Source: Antedon mediterranea
Lineage: Eukaryota; Animalia; Echinodermata
Direction of reading: 5' to 3'
Assembly (NCBI RefSeq): GCF_964355755.1
Contig: NC_092670.1
Coordinates: 21,996,795-22,060,794, forward strand
DNA: 64,000 bases
The position numbers and the translations under genes were made by a program. The first letter of the stretch is position 1; the number at the start of each line of letters is the position of its first letter. Shown in pieces: positions 1 to 12,707 of the stretch. Below the pieces are notes generated by a model. The model was not told the origin of the DNA, ran no database searches, and was given only the letters and a program-made list of their open reading frames with translations.

Positions 1-1789
1 ATTCATTTTTTAAATGAATATAATGTAATTAAGATGATTTATCGATGAAATAAACTGTACTGTATTTCAGGATGTCAGATAAACTAAATACGATTTATTT
101 AAGAGAAGATTTATTACAAAACTGAAATATTAAAGATGGCCAGGATTAACGCCGTGGTTAATTCGTCAGTGACAAGACGAAGGTGCCGCGCGTACAAATG
201 TGGATACTCTATTATCGACGCACGTACGTGACGTCAGTGTCTCCGTCTCACATTTTATTTCAATTTCCAACAATTTTGAAGCTCTTTAAAAAGTGAAGCT
301 GTAGTCTCACATTGGAATCATCCATGCGTTGAAGAACTATCTATAAGTGTCAATAAAGAGCACTTTTGGTACCAGTTTTTATGCAAGCGGAAAGTTTGAA
401 ACATGACAAACAAGACCCAAACGAACTTCACTTAAATCACTGGTGAATAAAATTGAGAAACTACAACAATATACTTATATAATTACATTAGTTAGATCTT
501 CAGTTGGAATTGGTCCTTTAGAGATTCGTGATTGGAGCACAAGTGTAGTAATATGAAGCTTTAGGGTGGGCCTACATGCATATAAAATGTTACCTACTGT
601 ATAGTTTATTTAAAATTCACATCCGAACGACGGGGAGTAACTTACAGAATGAAAAATTACGTTAAGTGGCATACAAAGAAGTAAAAATAGTTTCAGTTTT
701 TATATTTGCAAAAACTTTGGGAATTCATGATGATAACTTGAGAATGTAAATTAATATAGCAAATTGACATGCACACTTACTCATACTGAAAAATAATAAT
801 AGAGAAAACCGTTATTAACTAAGTCACCGTTTGATGTTGCAACCTCCTTTCAAATAGGTGTGAAGATGATTGGCAGCGATTTGTTACAAATCGCATCGGA
901 CTGCACTATTATGTAATTTATAATTGTGTCTGTGCTGCATATTGATATCAAGTCCCTTATTAAAGGATGTTAATTGATGAATTTGATGATCATGAAGGGT
1001 ACCACAAAATCCCTTGACCTTTCAGCTGCTGATTCAAAACTTCATCACGAATAGCGCGCGCTACCAGATGCTGGTACAGTACTACAAAGTATGGACACTA
1101 GGGGCCTACATATATACCTACTCATTACCTCAAATTAAACGAGCAGTAACAATTAAAAACAAATAATAAATCAAAACAAAAATTACTTGAAAATGTTTTT
1201 TTATCGTCACAATTAGGCCTATCCATTTTTCTTTATTGTTTGATTTCGCAATACTTGATATTATGCGTAGGTAATTTAACGTTGGCTAATCGTAGGCCTA
1301 CCCAAAGTACACCAAAAACACCTTTTTTTAACCTTACAATTATCAAAGTAAGTGACATGCAGGGAGGAATTCCAAATAATCCTCCATGGTAAAACTAAAT
1401 AAAATCGGAATAAGCGATTAGAAAATTAAGTTCAAATAACTAAAAATATAAGTAAAATATGACCAAGTCATGATACCTTTGATACAAGAATTTATCAATT
1501 TTTAATTATACATCAACTCCGGTGTCGATACACAGTAGGCCTAAGTATGCGATAAGAATTACAAAAATCTTAAAATGTGTTATAAGTTTTCATTTGGGAA
1601 TTACCCAATTTATGGAAATAATCATTGCATAATATCCTATTAATTTAAAAGCGTATTTATACATCATACATTTACTTAAATGTGAGATTTAGAAACACGG
1701 ATTAATTGCCTTGACAGCGTAAAACATTTAATTGTAGTTCATTAAATTTTACTAGGAAAACTCACTCAATTTTCTAGGTTACATTTAAT

Positions 1790-2005
1790 TGCAGCATTGG
1801 CGTCGATTTTTAGATCGTGCCAGTATACTGTGCGGAGTTAGTTCCGTTGTTTAACCAGCATGCTGAGCTAGACTTTTGCTGCAGCTAATGCATGTAAACA
1901 CGAAGAAACCAATCATTGTTTTACTAAAATAAAGTAGTCTATTTTCAATTATTTATCACCATTTTAGAAATTAACAAGAATATAATCATTTGTGTATGTA
2001 TCAAT
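1790..2005 (+). promoter_or_regulatory. Probable PIGX promoter / non-coding first exon
   Basis: Locally CpG/GC-richer block upstream of the acceptor at 2692; possible donor atg|gtaaat at 2006. Inference only. Confidence 0.35.
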
Positions 2006-2744
2006 GGTAAATAATTTGTAACAGACGAAATGCATCATGTTGTTTAGCTGACTGTTAGTTAGGCCTCAATAAAACTAGTAAAAGCATTTCATTACATAGG
2101 GGTGAAGTCAGCCAGTTCCCTTGATGCGTTGTTGAGTTCGATGGGAGGAAGTGATCTTAGCTAGGCCTAGACCATCTGCAATTTTAAGATGCTAGGCTGG
2201 TACTTTACCATGACATATAGGCCTAATTTTCTTTGGAATACTGCTATGCTAACTACTATATATTCCTTTTTGCAGACAAACCTGGTGTTTTTGTTCATTT
2301 CATTCCAATTAATAATGTTCATTTTATTTAAATTTTATAACATTTCTTTTATTTTAAAATTAATAATACTGCAAATATATATATATATATATATCTTATG
2401 TCAATTCAAATAAATAAATTTCAGTTTAGTTTTTTGAGTTCATAATAAAATTTGCTTGTTTGGTATTTAATAACAAATGCACTGATTTGAAATGTGCATG
2501 TACTGTAGTGTACTGTACTGTATTTAAAAAAAAAGTCTTTTTTATTATAAGAAAGAGTTTGGAAACTTTTTGAAAATTCTTAGTTTGAGAGAACATTACT
2601 TGTGTTCAGGGAATTTGATTTGTGTAACTTGGTGTGGTGAACCTATTATTAAAATTATCTTCAAATATTTCAATGATTTTAATATCTTGCAGGTATAAAA
2701 ATGGTTATTTAAGTACTTACTTACCGAACTAATCTTCTGTTAAA

Positions 2745-2859
2745 ATGGTGTCCTTTGCACACTGTACTATCACTGTGTATATATTGGCGATGTATTGCTT
2801 AGTATCTTCTTTTCAACTTGATACCAAATCAGAACAAATTCTAGATGATCTAAGGAAAA
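2745..2859 (+). CDS. PIGX: PIG-X coding exon 1 (signal peptide)
   Basis: aaaATGg start; MVSFAHCTITVYILAMYCLVSS hydrophobic signal-like N-terminus; acceptor ttgcag at 2692 upstream; donor aa|gtaagt at 2860; phase 1 joins in frame to the 7692 exon. Confidence 0.8.
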
Positions 2860-3857
2860 GTAAGTATTTAGATTTAGAAATGCTGATTGTGGGTTATTAC
2901 AAGATTTGTGTTTTCCATATTGTGTATTTTGTGATTTTTTGTTATAATAACAATTTAGGTACTGCCAACCACTATTCAGGACAAATCCCAATCAAGGGGA
3001 CACTTTCTTGGGTTCCAAAACTGATGTGTGTGTTACAAGTAGGTCATAGCCAACAATTTCTTTTCCACCCACAATGCGTTGGATTCCAACTGCCAAACAT
3101 AGGCTACAAAATGCAGTGTTCATGCATAAAGATATACTGTATATTATGCATAATGATATGTACTCATACTGTATGTAATTACTATAAAAATCACATAGTT
3201 AAATGTATGAAATAATGTATCAAGAAAAATCTGCACAACTGTTTCCTCAGGTATAGTCCCCTTTTTTGTCATCATCATTCCTTTCTCAAACATTACCATT
3301 TGGATATATTTATTTTTTCCCTAATAATGCTGTAGTTAAGTATATTATTAGCAAAATGGGTTTTAATGTTCAAACTACTTACAGAGCCACAGAAGGCAAG
3401 ATAATTAGAAATGCATTTTGTTTATGAGGGCTTAACTACCCTATCATTACTGTAGCTCTTTTAGTGAATGCCTTAAGAATTTTGAAAATTACCTGACAAT
3501 TATTTGGCAGAAAGTAGGGCACATGAAATGTGCTATGAAGATACAGCATATGTTTATCTGAACGGTATTGGTCCAAATCATTTTATTCAAGAGTAAAATG
3601 CTTAAGATTGATTTTGTCGTTGCCTACCAATTATTTTCCAGAATTGTGTTCACAGAAAAGCTGGTTATAAATGTGGTACAGTGAAGGAGTATGCATGTTT
3701 GATTATGTGAATAGTATTGGCTTTTTAATTACAAATGAAAAGTTTCTGATTTTTGTGTATTTTCTCAACAATTCAAGTACTGTCAACCCCTATGCAAGGG
3801 ACATCCCAATCAAGTGCTCCCAACAAATGTGTCCCCTTTGGTGGTTCTACTGTGTGT

Positions 3858-3970
3858 AACATGTGCTGTGAAACACAGAAACATGTGCTATGATACAGTG
3901 AAACACAGCAACATGTGCTATGATACAGTGAAACACAGCAACATGTGCTATGATACAGTGAAACACAGCA
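3858..3970. repeat. 30-bp minisatellite, about 3.5 copies
   Basis: aacatgtgctatgatacagtgaaacacagc repeated. Confidence 0.95.
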
Positions 3971-4854
3971 TTTTACAAGTAGTTCATAGCAAAAGCTTTC
4001 CTTTCCTTACAGTTAAACATCTCTTATTATTTATATACCATCTTAGTGATAATAGACAATTATTATTGTTACAATAATTTTTATTTTTAAAACGTTACGT
4101 TGTTAAAACCATATATATCCAATGCCTAATATACCAAAAATATTTCTATTATTCAAACTTAGTAGTTATTTCAAAATAAATGCACCAATAACATTTGCTT
4201 ATTGTTATTTCAAAATCTAAATTATTAAATAATATTTATTGATGAATATGTACATCAATTGCTACCAATCAATCAATATAAATGATTTAATACTCTGTCA
4301 ATACTATATTATACAGTTGCTCCAACCGCCATGGAATTTTTATGAACATTTATTTACAACAATAACAAATAAAATTTATACATATTATTTTTGAAAATAT
4401 TCAACTATTAATGTGAAATCTGTAAACGTAAAAATAATAAAAGTGTATCGTCAATTATATTTCTTTCCATTTCGCAAAACAAATTTAGTATACCAGTAAA
4501 ACTATAATACCAGTCTCATATTATTAATATATGTTTATTATTTAATGAATAAACATGCTTTTTACATTAATTTTTATTAGGCTAATGAATAAGTCTGTGT
4601 GTAATCTCATGAAGACCAAAAAACGAATATTGAATACATTTTTTTGGTTGATGTCGGGTTTAGTTTTTGCTAAGGTGCTGTACTGTACTTTGTATGTTTA
4701 ATTTAAAATTAAACTATAATACCACCAGTTTCTTGTCGTATATTTATTTTATATTTTATTGATATTCTAATTATGATTATTTATTTATTACATTAGGTTT
4801 TATCTATTACTGTATCTTCACTTTCTGGTACAATTATATCATTTATTTCGTTTC

Positions 4855-4935
4855 ACTTCATTGGTTTTATTTATTTGTTATTTACAGTAGCCCATAATCA
4901 GTTCAAAATACTGGTCTCCCTTGGGGCCCTGTGTA
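4855..4935 (-). mobile_element. Probable LINE (L2/CR1-clade) 3' tail remnant
   Basis: Reverse strand gggccccaagggagaccagt...ctga...gggctac followed by aataaataaa-type tail. Confidence 0.4.
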
Positions 4936-7691
4936 CAATAGTACTTTTAACTCATCCTGAAATTAGAAATCATCATCCTTGAATTAGAAATCATCTACTA
5001 GAAATAATCTTTGCCATCCCCTCCACCCATCTTCAAGAAAAGAAATTTATTGTTTTAACAGAAACCCATGAAAATGATTTTATTTGTATAATTTATTATT
5101 TAATGATATTGATAATTTATATAATTTAAATTACAATTTTAATAATAAATAATATTGTTTTAACAAAATAAAGTAATGATTATAACATGTTTAAATTAAA
5201 GATACTATGTTATACAGTAGATCTGTATAATATACTGTTTTTTATTTATTTATTATTTTATTAGGAGTTATTTCATTTTGAACATTTATGAAAACCGTAC
5301 AGTAATAATAAACAACAACAATAATTAGTTTTAATTATAATAAATAATGTTAAAATGTTATAATGAAATAAATATTAGCAAAAATATTAGCTGTTATGAA
5401 CTAATTGGTTATTTGAGAACAAATATTAATAATTTATTTTAAATTAGAGTAACATTTGAATAAATAATTATTTTGTTTTAAGAAAATTAAGTAATGATTA
5501 TAACATGTTTATTAAAATAAAATAAACATACTCTGTTTTGGTGTAAACAGTAGATAGTGTATTTACAGTAATTATTCTATTTTGTCTGATAAAATATGTT
5601 ATAAAATCACTAAATATTATATAATTTATTCATACTATTTATGATTAATTAATTTTAATAATTAACCATATTTAATGATGTTAATCCAAAAATTACTCAG
5701 AAATAATGAGTAAAAATATTTAGTATCAAATTAATTTCGAAAGTATAATTCTGTAATACAAGAATGATTTGTTGTTTAATGTTGTTTGTATGCAGGTACT
5801 ATTGATTATTAATTTAAACCATATTTATTTTAATGAATTTCATTAAACTAATTTACAGTTCATGTGGGACAATATATAATAATCCACAACTGTTTTATTA
5901 TATAAATGGTTGTGTTTTTCAAAGTACAATGCCACCTTTCTATTTTCCAATTAAATCGTCCTCATTTCACGTCAGTTAATTGAAAATTATCAGTCTACTT
6001 CAACACCAATTTTTAATACTCTGTAAAATCTCATTTTTTCTAAGAATTTAATATATTTTTTTCGCCCAAGGCTCTTTGATTATTACCGCGCAAGAAAATT
6101 AATTTGCGATTTATTTAAAATCTGCCAAGTTGCACTTTTGCGCGGGTTTTGTCGTTAACGGTAAAATCAAATGATCTTTAGATACAAAATACATTGTACT
6201 ATTGAATATGCGTTGAACCAAAGCGTTAGCATACAAAAAAAAAAACCAATGACACGATTCTCAAGAAAAGAACATAGCAATGTATTGTCAGATTATAAGG
6301 AATTAATTCTACGTCTGTGGATCTATTGGGAGAAAGATTTAGAGATTGTATACAATAATTTGTGACTACTTAACGCCAAATTGCTAGGTGTGTTGTATCA
6401 TGAAGGAATAATTGTCATTAACTAGTGTTGTGTTTGCCTAGCTTACATTTAGAACTAAATAATGTTTTTTGATAATGTCAAATAAAAAAAATAAATGCAT
6501 GTGGAATAAGTTTTCGAATACTTAAAATGGCCAATATTGAGATGCGAAAACACATAGTGAATGGTGAGGAGTGGGAATAAGACTTCCTTTTTTAAATTTT
6601 TTTTTTCATGTATAAACAGCCAAGGATCATCATGAGTGAATTCATCCACTGTTTTTCATAAGACAAAAACACACAAGGTGTTCTGTGTAAATAAAGTCCT
6701 AAACAAATCTTTTTCTTTTATTTAAGATTCCAGTATAAAACTTAATTTTAAGTATAAACTTTAGGGTCAAATTTCAAGCCATTAACAATCATTCATGAGA
6801 TTAAAACAAATGCAAAAAAAAAAAATTAAACCATGCAGATATTTCAACCTGGTAATTTTTGAATAGTGAGATTACAATACTACTCAATAACTCATTTTGA
6901 AAAACGTTACTAATTCCAAATCCATTGACGAGACGTACGTAACATAGACACGCCAGATTCAATTAATACATGGTGATGTTCTTGCTTGTCACCATTCCAA
7001 CAATGCAACTTTTAACTGTGTGACAATATTATCTTCAGTTCATAATACTCAGGCATAAAGGATTATAATGCTTAATAATTCGCAGGAAATAAATCTGTAA
7101 AATAGATATTTTAGATTTATGTATTTAGTGTTCGTGTTAATATGTAGTTCAAGTGTTATCCAATGAGTTATGATGCGTTATGTAGGTTTTCAGGTTTTAC
7201 AGATAATTTATTGACAGTTCTTATTTTACCAGAAGATATTTCAACACCATGGATACTAATCTAAAAGAAAGATTATGTAACAAAGAAAAACAAATTATAC
7301 TTTACACTGTATTAATAAGTAAAAATGGTTAGGTTTTGAAGAATGAGGGTTTGATATTATTTTTATTTTTCACCATATTCAAAAAAACAATTTTCTTGTT
7401 TTGCAATAAATGCAGCATATCGAAAAATAGATTTCCGAAAAAAAAAATGTTTTTAGGAAATTAAATTCTTACTGTATTCAGTGTTATAGATAACAATATA
7501 TTTAATCTTTAAATAATTTTTGTAGACCCAATCAAAAGTAGAGAAATAACTTGTATTGTAGAAAGATAATGAAAGTTTGTAAATACTATATTTTGTACTT
7601 TTATTATTTGGACATTATTACTGTATGATACTAATTAATTAAACCAAGCAAGTTGTTTGTTGTTATAAAAAAATAATTTTTATAATAACAG

Positions 7692-7785
7692 AAATTGGAA
7701 ATCAAATAGATGAAGAGAGACTTGTTGCTATAGATGTCGCTAATGCAGAAGTTTCAAGACTTATACAACAAAGAGGCTTCCACAG
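7692..7785 (+). CDS. PIGX: PIG-X coding exon 2
   Basis: ataacag| ... cacag|gtact; translates KIGNQIDEERLVAIDVANAEVSRLIQQRGFHR with the PIG-X GFHR motif; phases 1/2. Confidence 0.92.
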
Positions 7786-7804
7786 GTACTGTATAAATAT
7801 TTGT

Positions 7805-8027
7805 ATTTTTTTTGTTTTTTAACCATATTTAATGAGGATGATCCATCCAGCTATTGCTGATCATTAGGGACCCTCAGAGGTTCACAAGATACAAGATGCT
7901 CTACATAAACAAAGTCTTTGGGAGTGGAGTAATTTGGTCCTTAGAAAAAATCCTGACATGTGACGGGACTTGAACCCAGGATCCTTGGAGTGGTAGCCAA
8001 GCATCATAACCACCAAGCCACAACTCC
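7805..8027 (-). mobile_element. tRNA-derived SINE, full length
   Basis: A box tggcttggtgg, B box ggttcaagtcc, body and A-rich tail; aligns along its length with the copy at 43308-43528. Confidence 0.9.
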
Positions 8028-8480
8028 ACTTATGAATGCATGTACAGTACAAACAATTTGACAAATATCAAACATTAATTAATATTACTATTATAAATGT
8101 ATACTATATATTAAAATACCAAATACAGTTAAACCTCTCCTTTGGGTGGGACATGCCTATTCAGGGAACAGCCTTTTTAAGGGAAAATTTTCTTTACTAT
8201 TTTACTGTTCAAAATGATAAAAAGTGCAATACAGATTACGTACCATTGTACTTTTGCCTTAGTTTGATTTACTATTTTCAATTTTACTGTAATGTAAATT
8301 ATAATCTTCTCAGGTCTACCTAGCACTTGATTCTTGTTAGCAAATATATTAATATAATCAATCAATTGTGTCAATTTTCTGTATTAACATTTTGTTCAAT
8401 TAAGGTGTTTTTTTTTTCTCTTTGTACTCTTTAGGTATATTTAGTGTGTTGTCTATATTACTGCTGTGAAATTTGCATTA

Positions 8481-8672
8481 AGACCAATTTACACAAACGA
8501 ACAGTAATGGTAAACGGATATCTGCATGCTTGTCCCATGTAGAATCTGTTTCTATCCTGAACTGGTTTCCGCTCAACCGCCCGTCCGCTCCGCGTTTTGT
8601 GTAAATGGAATAAGAAATAACATGGATTCTATTTTTTTTTTACCGCTACCGCTTGTCTGTGTAAATTGGCCT
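8481..8672. mobile_element. PIF/Harbinger-type MITE
   Basis: TIRs agaccaatttacacaaac / gtctgtgtaaattggcct, flanked by TTA on both sides. Confidence 0.75.
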
Positions 8673-9837
8673 TTAGTGTATTATGGAATCAAACTGGGTA
8701 CGAAAGAATACTCGAGTACAATTATAAGGAAAAACAAGAAATATTATATAATAACGAAAGTTTCATGAGTTGAATAGGGAGAATATTTTAATGAAGATTG
8801 ACTGCTCAGTCTGAGCCAAGTTAAATAGTTATGTATGCACCAAGTTTGAATTTTATGTTCAGTTCAGTATAGATTCAATATTACACACAAAATCCTAAGG
8901 TCCTAACAAAATATCACGACAATTTATAAAAGCCATAAAGGGCGTTATAATTGGTTTTAAATTCATACACACATAGAGGGTGCTATTTAAAAAATTGTCA
9001 GGCTTCAGTATCTATGGTAAAAATGATAGATGTACAGTCTGGACTATCAAGATGTTTGTTGTACAATATTCAAATCAAAAGAAAGCGCAGCTTTGGTGCA
9101 AGATTACTCATAATATTTAAACTACTGTGATTAGGGAGAGACTTGATACAGTACAAACACCAACAAAAACATAGATAGTTATTGTTTTAAAAGTTTTCAA
9201 TACAGAGTACAGTATCTTCCACAGTAAATTGTATGTGAAAATGCACGTAGTTTACTTTATAGCACAAAGTCACAATCGCACATACTTACAAAAACTAATA
9301 GGCCTACATAAGAAGACATTCATGTCGATGAAATCTAATCAAAATTAATTTAAGATTATTTAAAATAATGTTTTTTGTTTGGAATGTTTCAATTAGAGAC
9401 ATGTTCTATTTCTGCATATGAATAATAATATAAATATCTATTTGTAATCAATTCTGAATTATCATGTCCTACTTTTGATGTTGCTAATTAACAACATAAT
9501 ATTATAGTCATCATTAAAATTAATTTATAACTAATATTTAATACTTTCTCTATTTGAGATACCTGTGATAATTATCAAAACATTTTTAATGGCTTTCATT
9601 TGTATGAAAATACCGCATTAAACAAGGTGTTTTAATTTCTTTTGTTCTGCAATTTAGTTTAAGCGGTATTTATAGAAGCGATGTTTCTACTAATCCTTTG
9701 TTAATTCTATGAAAACAATCTGTTTAAAAATCGCAGAACTTGCATTTGAATTTATTTTAAGTAACATCAGCTAGATCATCAGACCTAAACCCACGCATTT
9801 TACTACAATTTGTAATGAAGCAGTGACGCTATTGTTG

Positions 9838-9928
9838 TGAGAAAAAGCCTGGTATTGTTCCATGATTTGAACCCATGCCCCATGATTTAGTAAGCAAGCA
9901 TGTTTACCACCAAGCTGAAATGCCACTA
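9838..9928 (-). mobile_element. Decayed tRNA-SINE head
   Basis: Reverse strand gcttggtggtaaacatgcttg...gggttcaaatc resembles the 7805/43308 family. Confidence 0.55.
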
Positions 9929-10355
9929 CTAATTTATAAACTTAAAATAAAACAGAACATGTTTACTAATAAAGTATTTTACGATTAATTAACTGTTTCT
10001 ATAGATAAAAAAGTATTGTGTAGTGTGTATTTAATACTTGTATGAGTATAAAAATAAGTTGCAATTGATGTATTAAAGTAGATAAGAACCAAGAGGACAA
10101 TTCACATGCCATTCCTAGCCTACTATAATGGTAGTCAATAGCCCAGATCATTCCTAGACAGTGACATGAGAAATTGGTCTGGAGATTGCAAGAAAAGAGG
10201 ACAATCTCTGTGCGGGCCATAGGGTTGTCAAAGGCCTTTGAGAAAAAGTAGTCGGTTAAAACCCTACCAACAGTGACTGGTAACTACTGTACAGTTCTGT
10301 CAGACTGCCACATGATAAAATAATATCACTGTGAACATAATTTGTTTATTTACAG

Positions 10356-10503
10356 AAATGTAACAACAACGGTGAGATTAAATATGATGGACAATATTTC
10401 ATCTAATTTTACCTGTCATATTCTAATGATAGATCACATACCTAGTGGGGCTTTTGTAGATCCTGACCAATTAAAAAACAGAATAGACTTTGGAGGTCCT
10501 CAG
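10356..10503 (+). CDS. PIGX: PIG-X coding exon 3
   Basis: tttacag| ... cag|gtaagt; NVTTTVRLNMMDNISSNFTCHILMIDHIPSGAFVDPDQLKNRIDFGGPQ matches the family P-x-G-x-[FY]-VDP-x-[EQ]-L motif; phases 2/0. Confidence 0.95.
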
Positions 10504-11087
10504 GTAAGTGAAAAGTGACACTTATATTGAGTTATGGTATTATGCACAGTATCTCAATTCTGAGAAAAACTGAATTTAAATGAATTAATCATGTAGGTAA
10601 AAGTATCAGTTCAATTCATTGTATGGTTTACAAGGCTTTGGTTAACAAAGCGTTGGAGAACCTTGTAGTATGCTACCAAGAAATAATAATTGTATTCTAT
10701 TGAGATTTAACCCAAGTCATTGAATATATAAATGATAATGAAATTGTCTAGGTTGCTAATGAAATTGGCTGTAATGAGTGTCTATGATTATTATTATATT
10801 ATCATTGATGAGTTAATATTAGACTTAAATTGTCTTTCTCTTCTTTGTTAATCCTCGTGAGACAAAACTATGCTACTTTTTTTAAGAAGTGGCGGGAAAG
10901 GTTATGAAGTTAAAAATTAACTACTATTCTGAAATAAAGTTCAAGATCATCTTTTCCTTTAGTGATTTTTGTTTTGCTTAAATAATTTATAATTAACATT
11001 ACATACAAAGGCAACATTTTACATAAATCATGCAGTATCTGAACTATAACAATTTTATTATTTTATGTTTTTATACTGATAAAAAAC

Positions 11088-12163
11088 GGGTGTCACGAAA
11101 CCTAAGACCACGAAAGCTAAGACCCCCCTAAGACCAAGATCACGAAACCTAAGACCCAAGACCTAAGATTACAAATTCTAAGATATACTACAGCTTAAAA
11201 ACAATACTTGTTTATCCATACATAATTTTAAACACAGTAGGTTTCATTTATTACCATAAATATAATTTAATACTACCGCAAAACATAGATAAACTCACAT
11301 TATTCTCGCCCGTTGAGTAAATGTATATTTTTTCTTTACAACAAACAAACTTGACGGGTTGTTTGTTGGTATATATTTACTCCAATGTGTTGGTTCAGAG
11401 GATGTTTTTCTTACGCACCTGCCTTTCTTGTATTTTGACTCCAAATTTGTTGACTAACTTTATCCTGAATACCACACTTTAAAATTAGGACTTATAAGTA
11501 TTTTCAGAAGGAGAAACACATAATAACAAATAAATAAATCCTTTAAATTGATGATTTTACAGACGTGTTTCTTTGTATTCTGTAATGTAACTCCTCGAGC
11601 TCCCCATGCTCAATGTTTTTGTTTCTATGGAGCGCCAAAAGAGCAACAATAATAGTACAAATATAAAAACAGAAAGAAAACGAAACAAAAAAACTTATAA
11701 TTTTTAAGTTAAAATTTATTTGCCAGTATTTATTTCTTCGTACTTGCATGATTATACTATTATCATTACAATTTTAATTTTACATTGTTTCATCCACACT
11801 GTAGATGGACTCCACAGAGTTTTCAGCCCTCTATATAATTTTTGCTCTTTTGACGTTCCATAGAAACAAAAACATTGAACATGGGGTAGGCCTACTTCTA
11901 GTGTGCTGTAGGCTAGTCATTTTGTGTGCGAGAAAAACGTCTGTAAAATCATCAATTTAAAAATGTATTTGTTACTTTTTATGTGATTCTTTTTCATGAA
12001 AGTGCCAATTCTAAGGTGTGGTATTCAGAATAAATGTTGGGAGTTAAAATACAAGGCAGGTGCGAAAGATAAATATTTGTAATCTTAGGTCTTGGGTCTT
12101 AGCTTTCGTGATCTTAGGTCTTAGGGGGTCTTAGCTTTCGTGGTCTTAGGTTTCGTGACACCC
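11088..12163. mobile_element. Non-autonomous foldback DNA transposon, Mutator-like
   Basis: About 90-bp TIRs built of ctaagacc subrepeats (gggtgtcacgaaacctaagacc...); flanking direct repeat gataaaaaac at 11078-11087 and 12164-12173; internal inverted repeat of about 250 bp. Confidence 0.9.
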
Positions 12164-12672
12164 GATAAAAAACAGTTATGAATTGAATATTACTAATGCC
12201 TTCAGTTTAAACAAATTGCAAGATTTATCTTTGACAAGATTTGTACACCTTATCTTCACGTATAACAAACAATGCCTTCTTTCTTCTTTTTTGTTTCAAC
12301 ATTAATAAGAGTTTTATGCTAAAAATTAAACACATTACAAACCGTCAAAATTATGACGTGAAATAAGATTTATTTATGACAACATTATGAATCCATAAAA
12401 ATCATCTGCAAATATTACAACAATGCTTTCTTTCTTCTTTTTTGTATTGTCATGTACGACATTTACAACTTACTCTTTTTCTTGACCCCTTTTTACAATT
12501 TTTTATTACTTAATTCTGATTGATAATACAATGGTGTTTTATCTTGATTTGTTTTATTTATTTTCGGAGCCCTATAATTTCGCGATTAGACAAATCAAAG
12601 TATTTTACAAACTTGCACATTTTGTGGTGAAAATTAATTGATTAATCAACTCTGTGAAGAAGATTATTCTAC

Positions 12673-12707
12673 CAGGGAGTTGTATTTACTTATTTTACAA
12701 CTCCCTG
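12673..12707. mobile_element. 35-bp palindromic micro-element with 7-bp TSD
   Basis: attctac|cagggagttgta...tacaactccctg|attctac. Confidence 0.8.

Noticed and set aside
991-1035. SECIS-like ATGA...AAA...TGA pattern
   Set aside because: Helix II does not pair and no selenoprotein 3' UTR context exists.
10105-10215. Possible decayed RTE-LINE C-terminus (LAYY...EKLV...KKRG-like fragments)
   Set aside because: Needs frameshifts and stops and is too short to support without a profile search.
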